Shown: positions 49,037 through 56,528 of the stretch, piece after piece
Layout: every line of letters begins with the position of its first letter
Position numbering within the stretch: the stretch's first letter is position 1
Origin: a virus
Lineage: Duplodnaviria; Caudoviricetes
Length of the DNA: 64,000 nucleotides
Direction: 5' to 3' (one strand)
IMG/VR virus record: IMGVR_UViG_3300015050_001523
Span: 128,001-192,000 of that record
Notes under the pieces: generated by a model
The model's database searches: none
Told to the model about the DNA's origin: nothing
What the model saw: the letters and a program-made list of their open reading frames with translations, nothing else
Made by a program: the position numbers and the translations under genes

Positions 49037-49114
49037 CGACCCCGGTAGGATTTGAACCTACGCTGACAGAGTTTAACAGACTCTCGCTCTAAAACCAAAC
49101 TGAGCTACGGAGTC
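49037..49114 (-). tRNA. tRNA-Asn(GTT)
   Basis: AGAGT-CTGTTAA-ACTCT. Confidence 0.9.
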
Positions 49115-49221
49115 AAGAACTTGGACCTCTCATCCAATTATTCTTTTTATACAGAGTACAAAAGAAGGAACTACGTTCCAAAGTTTTGATTATGGCTCAA
49201 ACTTATAAAAGCCAAAATACA

Positions 49222-49294
49222 AGCGGGAGACGAGACTTGAACTCGCAACATTCAGTTTGGAAAACTGACACTCTACCAATTGAGTTACTCCCGC
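49222..49294 (-). tRNA. tRNA-Gly(TCC)
   Basis: TCAGT-TTTCCAA-ACTGA. Confidence 0.92.
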
Positions 49295-49302
49295 AATTAA
49301 CA

Positions 49303-49376
49303 AGCCCCAGGTCGGAGTCGAACCAACTACCTGATGATTACAAATCAACCGCTCTAGCCAAATGAGCTACAAGGGC
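49303..49376 (-). tRNA. tRNA-Thr(TGT)
   Basis: Cloverleaf; loop TTTGTAA. Confidence 0.9.
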
Positions 49377-49451
49377 AAAATTGCTCGTCTTTCCGAGCTG
49401 TCATTTTCTTAGTATTCTGGAACATCTAAGAACAACAGAACAATTAAGAAA

Positions 49452-49522
49452 CAGGCGGCGAAGGAATCGAACCCTCGACCATTGGTTTGGAATCAATTAT
49501 TTTACCACTAAACTAGCCGCCT
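49452..49522 (-). tRNA. tRNA-Trp(CCA)
   Basis: Cloverleaf; loop TTCCAAA. Confidence 0.88.
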
Positions 49523-49560
49523 TCATTACAAAGTATTTTCTTCTATTTAATTTTCAAAGA

Positions 49561-49635
49561 TCCAACCAGAAAGATTTGAACTTTCGACCTTTTGCTTATC
49601 AGACAAATGCTCTAACCAGGCTGAGCTATGGTTGG
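49561..49635 (-). tRNA. tRNA-Ile(GAT)
   Basis: TTTGT-CTGATAA-GCAAA. Confidence 0.88.
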
Positions 49636-49640
49636 TTAAG

Positions 49641-49711
49641 TTCGGGATAATGGAATCGAACCACTGTTGAGGCGTTCAAAGCGCCTTTTCTTACCACTAG
49701 AAGAATCCCGA
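49641..49711 (-). tRNA. tRNA-Gln(TTG)
   Basis: AGGCG-CTTTGAA-CGCCT. Confidence 0.9.
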
Positions 49712-49848
49712 ATAAACAATTTTTTTTAGGTTAAGGCCAAGAACATTTAATGGACTTTGTTCTTGGCTAAATAATGCCTGTCCATCCTTGAATAATCAAG
49801 TTTGCATTGTTGCAAGTTTGATTTGTCTGAGTCAGCATCGTAGATATA

Positions 49849-49877
49849 AGTATAGGGCATCTCGGGAAACTTGTCAA
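49849..49877 (-). promoter_or_regulatory. Consensus sigma70 promoter inside tRNA cluster
   Basis: TTGACA-N17-TATACT. Confidence 0.8.
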
Positions 49878-49890
49878 GTTTTTTTTGGAG

Positions 49891-49977
49891 CGGAAAGTAA
49901 GAGATTCGAACTCTTATCGCTTTTTAGACGAACACGCTTTCCAGGCGTGCGCAACCAACCGTATTTGCCTACTTTCC
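49891..49977 (-). tRNA. tRNA-Ser(GGA)
   Basis: CACGC-CTGGAAA-GCGTG; long V-arm. Confidence 0.9.
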
Positions 49978-50030
49978 ATAAATTATCCTAATCATTATGT
50001 TTATTTGTTTCCATTTTTTATTTTCTTTCA

Positions 50031-50117
50031 CGGAACGTGTAGGGTTCGAACCTACTCAAGATTTTACACTTCACTCAGATTAGCAATCTGGGGCCTTACC
50101 AATTCAGCCAACGTTCC
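50031..50117 (-). tRNA. tRNA-Ser(GCT)
   Basis: Loop TTGCTAA; long V-arm. Confidence 0.9.
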
Positions 50118-50124
50118 AAATAAA

Positions 50125-50196
50125 TTCTGAAAGCGGGAATTGAACCCACGTAGCGGGCTTATGAGACCCGTGCCTAAACCTCTCGGCCATTTCAGA
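50125..50196 (-). tRNA. tRNA-CAT (elongator Met or Ile2)
   Basis: CGGGT-CTCATAA-GCCCG. Confidence 0.85.
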
Positions 50197-50203
50197 TTGT
50201 TTA

Positions 50204-50560
50204 TTATTTGATAAGATTTGAAAGAATATAATTAAGAGATTTTATCCTTTTAATTTCTTTCCAATAGTCTTCTTCATGGAGAAAATATGTTCCATGTATA
50301 TAATATTCTTCATATTGGATACGTCCTTCCCATATTCTTGCAGGTCCATCTTCTCTATGGCGCATTCCGCTAATGCACCATTCTTTATATCCATTTTTCC
50401 ATTCAATTGCAGGACCATCTTCTCGATGAAGTCTTCCATTTATATAATAAGCCTTGCCTCCATTTGAATCTTCAAAAGCATGGCCGTCTTCTCTATGAAG
50501 AAGACCATTTAAATAATAACTTTTATTACCAAATTCATCAATAATCAATCCATTTTTCAT
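50204..50560 (-). CDS. HRxDGPA repeat protein
   Basis: Three repeats; EEDYWKEIKRIKSLNYILSN. Confidence 0.8.
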   Translation of the reverse strand: MKNGLIIDEFGNKSYYLNGLLHREDGHAFEDSNGGKAYYINGRLHREDGPAIEWKNGYKEWCISGMRHREDGPARIWEGRIQYEEYYIHGTYFLHEEDYWKEIKRIKSLNYILSNLIK

Positions 50561-50572
50561 ATATAAAATCCT

Positions 50573-51079
50573 TTAATTTTTTTCAAATAGCCAATTAGAC
50601 CATTGCTCAGGGATATTTCCATCAACATAATCTGAATACATTGTTTTTACACTTGGTACAGTGGGCCTTTGAGCAATCCTCATATTCGCCTGTTGCGGTG
50701 TTCTGTTCGCTTTTTCAGTGTTGCATGTTTTGCAACATGCAACAATATTTGTCCAAGTTGTCTTGCCGCCAACAGATTTTGGAATAACATGATCAAGAGT
50801 TAGGTCTTGGCTTCGAAATTTCCCTTCACAATATTGACAAGTATTATTATCACGGCTTAAAATATTTGCACGAGAATAACGAATTCTCATTGGTTCAGCC
50901 TTTGTTGATTTTCTCAATCTAACAACAGCCGGAACATTAAATTCAACAGATGGAGAACTTATTGTTTTTTCGTAACCTTCAAGAATGTCAACTTTTCCAA
51001 GAAAATGCATGCAAATAGCACGCTGCCATGAAATTGCTTTTATCGGTTGATAACCTTGATTAAGAAGAAGAGTTTTCAT
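50573..51079 (-). CDS. HNH endonuclease (McrA-like)
   Basis: CQYC...TLDHVIPKS.GG.TTWTNIVACC..CN..K. Confidence 0.9.
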   Translation of the reverse strand: MKTLLLNQGYQPIKAISWQRAICMHFLGKVDILEGYEKTISSPSVEFNVPAVVRLRKSTKAEPMRIRYSRANILSRDNNTCQYCEGKFRSQDLTLDHVIPKSVGGKTTWTNIVACCKTCNTEKANRTPQQANMRIAQRPTVPSVKTMYSDYVDGNIPEQWSNWLFEKN

Positions 51080-51578
51080 ATATTTCTTTCATTCCATATT
51101 TCTCTGCCTCTAAAGGCAGAGTGTAAATTGTTGTGTCTACATTAATTGATTCTTTTATAATTTCTTCAATTTTGTCCCAGGATCCACCAGCCAAGCCGGC
51201 GCCCATTCTGGGCATATGCAGGGTTGGATTCTTCCCTTCGTAAGTTTGCATTAATTCTTGGATGTTGTCAAGTCCTTTTTTTATTGCTTCATAACGAATC
51301 GGAGGAACACCATCAACTGTCCATATTCCTTCTTGACCAATTAAATTTATAACTATAATATCTTTTTCAACAGGGACAACTTGAATAGTACCTAATTCAT
51401 ATTCATTTCCATTACCCCATTTTCTATAAATTAGCTCAGGCATTCCCCATCGTTTTGATAATGCAATTACAAATCCACTTCCCCAAGCTCCTACGTTGTT
51501 GCAGCAATGAGTAATGAATTTAATTCCTTTAGCACCAACAGGATTGGTGGCATCGCCGATTACATGTTTTATAGCCAT
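51060..51578 (-). CDS. Macrodomain ADP-ribose hydrolase-like protein
   Basis: GDAT, HCCNNVGAWGSGF, PRMGAGLAGG. Confidence 0.88.
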   Translation of the reverse strand: MAIKHVIGDATNPVGAKGIKFITHCCNNVGAWGSGFVIALSKRWGMPELIYRKWGNGNEYELGTIQVVPVEKDIIVINLIGQEGIWTVDGVPPIRYEAIKKGLDNIQELMQTYEGKNPTLHMPRMGAGLAGGSWDKIEEIIKESINVDTTIYTLPLEAEKYGMKEIYENSSS

Positions 51579-51587
51579 ATGGCTATA

Positions 51588-51986
51588 CTATACCACTAAA
51601 TCTTGCTCTTGCAAACCAGGAAGGACAAGATTTTTTATTTCCTGATATCCTTCTCCACCCAATCCTAAATAACTTTTGATAAAGTATTCTGCTTGACTAT
51701 CCATTTCAAGAACTTTTTTCAAAATTGATCTTTCTCTAATTTTATCAATTTCCATGTAATTTTTCATATATTTTACAATATCTTGAAAGAGTTTTGCCTT
51801 TTCAGGACTAATCTTGTTTGAAGGTTGTTGTGGCCTTTTGGCCATTTTTTGTCTTTCTTCTTCTTTTTGTTTTTTATATAATGCAGAATTTTCTCTGTTT
51901 TGAGTATAGTCTATAAATTCTTTTTCATCAAATTCATATTCAAATAAAATTCTTCTTATTGTTTCTCTTAATAAAGATGGCCGCAT
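51588..51986 (-). CDS. Hypothetical protein (possible virion-packaged protein)
   Basis: N-terminal LLRETIRRILFE; TATTTAC upstream within a 14-bp inverted repeat. Confidence 0.65.
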   Translation of the reverse strand: MRPSLLRETIRRILFEYEFDEKEFIDYTQNRENSALYKKQKEEERQKMAKRPQQPSNKISPEKAKLFQDIVKYMKNYMEIDKIRERSILKKVLEMDSQAEYFIKSYLGLGGEGYQEIKNLVLPGLQEQDLVV

Positions 51987-52019
51987 ATTAGTAAATATGC
52001 GGCCATCAACAAAGAATCA

Positions 52020-52142
52020 TAGGCAAAATATATAGAGATTATTTTTAACGTGCAGCCCTTACACTTCAGACACAAAGTGTCCGTTAGGAATCGAACCTAA
52101 TCTTTTCTATTAACAGTAGATGTAATCCCTAAAAGCATCCTA
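52020..52142 (-). ncRNA. Y RNA-like 1 (YrlA-type, T-arm-containing)
   Basis: 5' UAGGAUG...GGAUUACAU and 3' ...UUUUGCCUA; internal UUAGG-UUCGAUU-CCUAA; starts 3 nt after Ro60 stop. Confidence 0.75.
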
Positions 52143-52145
52143 TAT

Positions 52146-53747
52146 TTATATTTTATTATAAATGTCTATATTGTTTATAACGTCAAGCCAATAAAATCCA
52201 TTTTTTCCATGTTTTGCAAATTGTGCAATTGTGTCCCAAACAGTATCAGAGAATCCTCCAATATTTAGAATATCATCACGATTTGGAGCCTGTGATGAAG
52301 TATAAGGTTGAATATCGATGCAAACCATTTTTGCATTTGGATTATTCTTTTTGACCATATCCCAATATTTAAGTGTTTCTGTTTGATAATGGCCTCTTGC
52401 TCGATCTCCAATCCAAGACTCATTATCTGAAACATAAATAACCAAATCAACATTTTGTTTTGTTTCTGCAAGATGTTTGACTCCAAGATAAGAGTATGTT
52501 CCTCCTCCTGGATATGCAGACAATTTTTTAGCATTTGTCATCACAGAATCTCTTGGATTCAATTGTAAATTCATTTTTAATGCTGTATCAAATGGAATAA
52601 CATTTGATTGTCTATTTTTTCTTAGAATTGCTGAAGCTACAAGAGCTGCAACATCAATGCATCTAATTGAAGATGGTTTTTTATTTCGTCCAGTAATTGA
52701 CGAACCCATTGAACCTGATACATCAGGAAACACCCAGATATTTCCTGGGATGTTTGGAATATTTTCAAGCGAAATATCAAGAGCATCTTGAAGAGCTTCT
52801 GTAATTTCAAAAGGCATACCTTTTGTTGATACAGTGTTCATATATGCAGCCATTAGCTGATATGGGAACACTTTTGCATTTTTGATATCCTCTGGATCTC
52901 TTAGTCTTTGAGCAATAAGATTTACCATTTCTTTTTTCTCAAAGACATTATGACGCATAAATGTATTTAGATTCATGCGAGTCATTGTCCATTTTGCATT
53001 TCTTGCAATTTCTTTCCAATGACTATCATTTAGTCCCAAGCTATCTAACATTTGAAATGGAAGATCTGGAATTGTTACTTCGTCCGAATTTGATGCAATT
53101 GCACTTTTGCAATTTTCATAATTTTTAATTATTTCAGGAAGATCCTTTTCTGAGGAATTAAACAGTTTTCCACTCACTTCTTTGTTCCCAATTAAATAGG
53201 AATAAAGAGCTTCCTGTTGCGCATCTTGTGGTTTTGGATGCACCATTTTAATAATGTCTGCAACTGATGGAGTATTTCCAACACTATCTTTAAAAAGACG
53301 ACTATTATTCATTCGCACAAACCACATTTTTAATTGTCGGCGCATTGCTCTTGGAAAGCTTTTTTTCCCATCAACAAGTCCAGAACGAACAAACTGAACA
53401 TGGTTTCGAACCATTTTTGTGTTGTCCATTACAGTTGGAAAAACTTCCTCATATAATGTTGGATTTCTGAATGCCAAATAAGAAAGTAAAAGAGCTGGCA
53501 TGTCTTTCATAAACGCATTTTTGCGTGAATAAATCGCAAGTTTTGCTATAAAAACTGTTCCGTCAGGTGTTTCTGAAATCTTATTTACAAGATTTTTAAC
53601 AGTTTCTAGCTGAGCATCTTCTGATGCATAATAAGTGTCTGAAATACACCCAGTTGCCGCAATTTGCGCCAACGAAGCACGATCTCCAAGATCGTATGCA
53701 AGACCACCAGCTTCATTTACAGTTAGTTTATTTGATTTATTTTTCAT
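52146..53747 (-). CDS. rsr: Ro60/TROVE-domain RNA-binding protein (Rsr)
   Basis: MKDMPALLL, AKVFPYQL, vWA MIDAS DVSGSM, SDNESW, CIDIQPY, NIGGFSD. Confidence 0.92.
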   Translation of the reverse strand: MKNKSNKLTVNEAGGLAYDLGDRASLAQIAATGCISDTYYASEDAQLETVKNLVNKISETPDGTVFIAKLAIYSRKNAFMKDMPALLLSYLAFRNPTLYEEVFPTVMDNTKMVRNHVQFVRSGLVDGKKSFPRAMRRQLKMWFVRMNNSRLFKDSVGNTPSVADIIKMVHPKPQDAQQEALYSYLIGNKEVSGKLFNSSEKDLPEIIKNYENCKSAIASNSDEVTIPDLPFQMLDSLGLNDSHWKEIARNAKWTMTRMNLNTFMRHNVFEKKEMVNLIAQRLRDPEDIKNAKVFPYQLMAAYMNTVSTKGMPFEITEALQDALDISLENIPNIPGNIWVFPDVSGSMGSSITGRNKKPSSIRCIDVAALVASAILRKNRQSNVIPFDTALKMNLQLNPRDSVMTNAKKLSAYPGGGTYSYLGVKHLAETKQNVDLVIYVSDNESWIGDRARGHYQTETLKYWDMVKKNNPNAKMVCIDIQPYTSSQAPNRDDILNIGGFSDTVWDTIAQFAKHGKNGFYWLDVINNIDIYNKI

Positions 53748-53775
53748 ATTTTTATCCTTTTAATCTTAAGGCAAC

Positions 53776-54042
53776 TCAGTAATATTTTGTTTCTGGTTGA
53801 AACTTAAATGTTTTAAATATTTCTTCTAAACATTCATCACAAATAGAAAATGAGTAACAAACACTATCACAGAGACCTTTCTGGTCTCCATTGATCTCAA
53901 TTTCTGCTAACCCATAATGGGAATTATTTTTATTTTCACAATTGACCTCATAGTGGTCGCAGCCGAATCTGATTCCGCATTTATTACAAATAATATCTGT
54001 TTCTTTTTTTGTTTCTTTAATTGGCATTTTAAGCCCTTTCAA
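53776..54042 (-). CDS. Zn-ribbon-like protein (paralogue of 31425-31700)
   Basis: ICNKCG...FSICDEC. Confidence 0.7.
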   Translation of the reverse strand: MKGLKMPIKETKKETDIICNKCGIRFGCDHYEVNCENKNNSHYGLAEIEINGDQKGLCDSVCYSFSICDECLEEIFKTFKFQPETKYY

Positions 54043-54074
54043 AATGAATTTGGGAGATTATAAAAAATTTAAAT

Positions 54075-54200
54075 TAGGCAAAAGTGATAAAGATATTTTT
54101 TCGCGCTTTAACCAATTAAGCTATCCCTTTATATAAAGGGAACAGGACTCGAACCTGTAACTCGTCTTCCGTATAGATGTAATCCCTATCTGACATCCTA
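54075..54200 (-). ncRNA. Y RNA-like 2 (YrlA-type with circularly permuted tRNA domain)
   Basis: Conserved terminal helix; order T-arm (ACAGG-UUCGAGU-CCUGU), closed acceptor-like hairpin (UCCCUUU/AAAGGGA), D-arm (AGCUUAAUUGGUUAAAGC). Confidence 0.8.
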
Positions 54201-54205
54201 ACTTA

Positions 54206-54278
54206 TGCTGTGAGCGAGGGTCGAACTCGCGCTGGATAGGTTCTTAGCCTATTGTCTCTGCCATTGGACTACCACAGC
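54206..54278 (-). tRNA. tRNA-Leu(AAG), short variable loop
   Basis: ATAGG-CTAAGAA-CCTAT. Confidence 0.8.
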
Positions 54279-54352
54279 AAATGAAACGGGTCAAGAGAAA
54301 TATAGCCATTTCTTGTTGGGATTTGAACCCAATATATTTCTTACTTACCCTA

Positions 54353-54435
54353 TACCTGAGATGGGATTCGAACCCACATGGGCTTTCGCCAAAAGATTTT
54401 GAGTCTTCCTCCTGCTACCGTTCGGATACTCAGGC
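54353..54435 (-). tRNA. tRNA-Leu(CAA)
   Basis: Loop CTCAAAA; long V-arm. Confidence 0.9.
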
Positions 54436-54613
54436 AAAAATAAAAGAGAGGGCTCAAAAATTATATATAATTTTTTTGAGTTTCAAGTCATTGTGTATAT
54501 ACAACTCCCTCGCACAAAATAACTGAAAAAGGGACCTCGTAAAATCCCCTTTTCGCCTCTGACTTACCTTTTACGAGACTTATAAGTTAAATAAAGATGT
54601 TATTTTGTCTTGA

Positions 54614-54695
54614 TGCGCAAAGTGGGAATCGAACCCACACGAATAAATCACCCGGTTCTAAGCCGAGCCTGTCTACCAAATTTCAGCATATGCGC
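54614..54695 (-). tRNA. tRNA-Leu(TAG)
   Basis: CTCGG-CTTAGAA-CCGGG. Confidence 0.9.
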
Positions 54696-54701
54696 AAAAT
54701 A

Positions 54702-54821
54702 AATTGGAGAACGAATAAGTTCGTTTTTTCAAGGTATGCCTGATCGATCAAGGCACTCTCCACCCAGCAGTATTTTCCATGTCTGCTCAATCCTTCAAGG
54801 GATTTTTCCCACTTCCCAATT
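54702..54821 (-). ncRNA. Unclassified structured RNA (about 120 nt)
   Basis: Closing AAUUGGGAA/UUCUCCAAUU; hairpins AGCAG/CUGCU, UGCCU/AGGCA, ACGAA/UUCGU. Confidence 0.5.
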
Positions 54822-54864
54822 AATTAGATCGGGCTTTATGTAAGGGACTTATAGGTCTTGAAAG

Positions 54865-54937
54865 TCCTCAAAATGGGATTCGAACCCATACTTTACAGAT
54901 TTTAAGTCTGGTGTCTCTGCCGTTGGACTACTTGAGG
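54865..54937 (-). tRNA. tRNA-Leu(TAA), short variable loop
   Basis: Loop CTTAAAA. Confidence 0.85.
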
Positions 54938-54944
54938 TTAAAAA

Positions 54945-55106
54945 TGGGGCGGCTATCCAGTCAAACTCCATGTGCCGCCCCCGACACCGAGTTTCATAAA
55001 CCAAGCCAATAGGGCCTTGAGCCGAAGAGCTTGGAGGATTTGGTAAACGACCGACTACGCCGATCCTCTACCAAAAATCGGATTTGCATTGCATCTCCGA
55101 GGGATT
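54945..55106 (-). ncRNA. Unclassified GC-rich structured RNA (about 160 nt)
   Basis: Stems GAGGAU/AUCCUC, CCAAGC/GCUUGG, GGGGCGGC/GCCGCCCC within AT-rich context. Confidence 0.5.
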
Positions 55107-55112
55107 AAAATA

Positions 55113-55198
55113 TAGGCAAAAATTTGAAAAGATTGGGTATCGGCGCTTTATAGGATATCTCCTACCGATTTTTGCATGTAATCCTTTTTAGCATCCTA
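55113..55198 (-). ncRNA. Y RNA-like 3
   Basis: UAGGAUGCUAAAAAGGAUUACAU...AAUCUUUUCAAAUUUUUGCCUA. Confidence 0.7.
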
Positions 55199-55205
55199 CA
55201 TAAAG

Positions 55206-55280
55206 GTTGATTGACGGGACTTGCACCCGCTAAATTCTGATTCACAGTCAGAAGCCAATCTTCTTTGGTCGTCAATCAAC
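55206..55280 (-). tRNA. tRNA-His(GTG) with encoded G-1
   Basis: TCTGA-CTGTGAA-TCAGA; atypical D-loop and T-loop TGCAAGT. Confidence 0.8.
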
Positions 55281-55289
55281 ATAAATTAT

Positions 55290-55396
55290 TAGGCAATATA
55301 ATACAAAATGTTATTGATGAATTGGCGTCCCAATTAGCGAGTCCCCCCGTTAATCGAACCCCAAACCGATTGCGATGTAATTCTGTATCCATCCTA
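55290..55396 (-). ncRNA. Y RNA-like 4
   Basis: UAGGAUGGAUACAGAAUUACAUC...AUUUUGUAUUAUAUUGCCUA; internal GGUUCGAUU. Confidence 0.65.
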
Positions 55397-55399
55397 ATA

Positions 55400-55472
55400 T
55401 GGGAAGTCCTGGTTTCGAACCAGGCCATCAGAGGCTTCAACTCTGCGTAACTACCATGCTCACTCACTTCCC
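55400..55472 (-). tRNA. tRNA-Phe(GAA)
   Basis: CAGAG-TTGAAGC-CTCTG. Confidence 0.85.
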
Positions 55473-55487
55473 GAAATCATAAAAAAT

Positions 55488-55560
55488 TAGGCAAAACAAT
55501 ATAAAACTTTTGTGTAATCGCCGGTTAACAGCGAGCAGGTGTATTTCTATATTCATCCTA
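55488..55560 (-). ncRNA. Y RNA-like 5
   Basis: UAGGAUGAAUAUAGAAAUACAC...UUUUAUAUUGUUUUGCCUA. Confidence 0.65.
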
Positions 55561-55573
55561 ATAAAATTTAAAA

Positions 55574-55725
55574 GCCGGTCTTTTCCCGGCTGTCAAGCAG
55601 GCTTCACTAAAAGATTCGTATCTATCTTTCACAACTCCCGGAGGTAATGGGGTTGGGCCTATTTGTGACGTTATTTGTTTTGTTTCCGCAACGCACCAAC
55701 GGAATCCTCTTTTGCGCAGGAACTA
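55574..55725 (-). ncRNA. Unclassified RNA ending in GACAGCCGG-GAAAAGA-CCGGC hairpin
   Basis: 3' motif matches the 7.4-7.8 kb repeat core with compensatory changes; internal UUCCG/CGGAA and AAAGAU/AUCUUU stems. Confidence 0.55.
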
Positions 55726-55732
55726 AAAATTT

Positions 55733-55793
55733 TAGGCAAAAACTATAAGATGTTTTTATCAATAAATGCGATGTAATCCTATAAAGCATCCTA
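55733..55793 (-). ncRNA. Y RNA-like 6 (minimal)
   Basis: UAGGAUGCUUUAUAGGAUUACAU...AUCUUAUAGUUUUUGCCUA. Confidence 0.7.
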
Positions 55794-55813
55794 AAATAAA
55801 ATTATAAATAAAA

Positions 55814-55875
55814 TAGGCAAAAATTTGAAAAGATTTTTTGTATTTGGTAAAAATGTAATCCTTTCTAGCATCCTA
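55814..55875 (-). ncRNA. Y RNA-like 7 (minimal)
   Basis: UAGGAUGCUAGAAAGGAUUACAU...AAUCUUUUCAAAUUUUUGCCUA. Confidence 0.7.
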
Positions 55876-55883
55876 TTAAATTA

Positions 55884-55972
55884 TGGGCAGGGAGGGATTC
55901 GAACCCCCATCGCTTACTTTATTCGGGCTAGATTTACAGTCTAGTGCAGCCATCCGTATCTGCGTCCTACCC
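55884..55972 (-). tRNA. tRNA-Tyr(GTA)
   Basis: CTAGA-CTGTAAA-TCTAG; long V-arm. Confidence 0.9.
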
Positions 55973-55984
55973 TAAAATTACTAA

Positions 55985-56059
55985 TCGAGGTAGCAGGATT
56001 CGAACCTGCGGTCTCTTGTTTCCAAAACAAGCGCGATAACCAGACTTCGCTATACCTCG
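55985..56059 (-). tRNA. tRNA-Pro(TGG)
   Basis: CTTGT-TTTGGAA-ACAAG. Confidence 0.92.
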
Positions 56060-56108
56060 ATAATAATCTCCCATGTTCATTTCTATTTAATTTTCAAAAA
56101 AACAAAAG

Positions 56109-56184
56109 TACCTGATGGGGGAATTGAACCCAAAACCATCTTATCGTTCGAAGCGATAAATTCTATCCGTTAAAATAATCAGGC
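56109..56184 (-). tRNA. tRNA-Arg(TCG)
   Basis: TATCG-CTTCGAA-CGATA; weak T-stem. Confidence 0.8.
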
Positions 56185-56197
56185 ATATTAGAAGAAG

Positions 56198-56269
56198 CGC
56201 CCGATCAAGGACTTGAACCTTGAATTTAACCTTCGCAAGATTATGTGATATCCGTTTCACTAACCGGGC
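56198..56269 (-). tRNA. tRNA-Arg(GCG)
   Basis: TAATC-TTGCGAA-GGTTA. Confidence 0.85.
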
Positions 56270-56401
56270 AGAAATTTAGAAGCTTTGTAACAAGCTATAA
56301 AACCGATGCTTATAGGTTTGACGGAGACATGGATATAAGGGCTTCGGCTTTGTTCCGAAATCTTCAACCTTTGCTTTGTTTTGAGCGTCCATGATGTTTA
56401 C

Positions 56402-56430
56402 ACTATATCAGATCTAAGTAGGGGTGTCAA
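56402..56430 (-). promoter_or_regulatory. Consensus sigma70 promoter heading the tRNA/Y-RNA cluster
   Basis: TTGACA-N17-TATAGT. Confidence 0.85.
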
Positions 56431-56528
56431 CAGGTTTTTTCTTTGACCATGCAAGAAAATTTTTAAGTCCATTTAATTAAATAATTAAGCCGAGCATTGC
56501 TCGGCTTAGGATTCGATAAATTATTACT

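Noticed and set aside
49381-50130. Plus-strand ORFs over the tRNA cluster (also 54281-54526, 55265-55467)
   Set aside because: Antisense to tRNA or ncRNA genes
16630-50560. Diversity-generating retroelement acting on HRxDGPA genes
   Set aside because: No reverse transcriptase or template/variable repeat pair seen in this window; not excluded for the rest of the genome
54945-54985. tmRNA or two-piece tmRNA
   Set aside because: No T-arm, no G3:U70 pair and no tag reading frame visible
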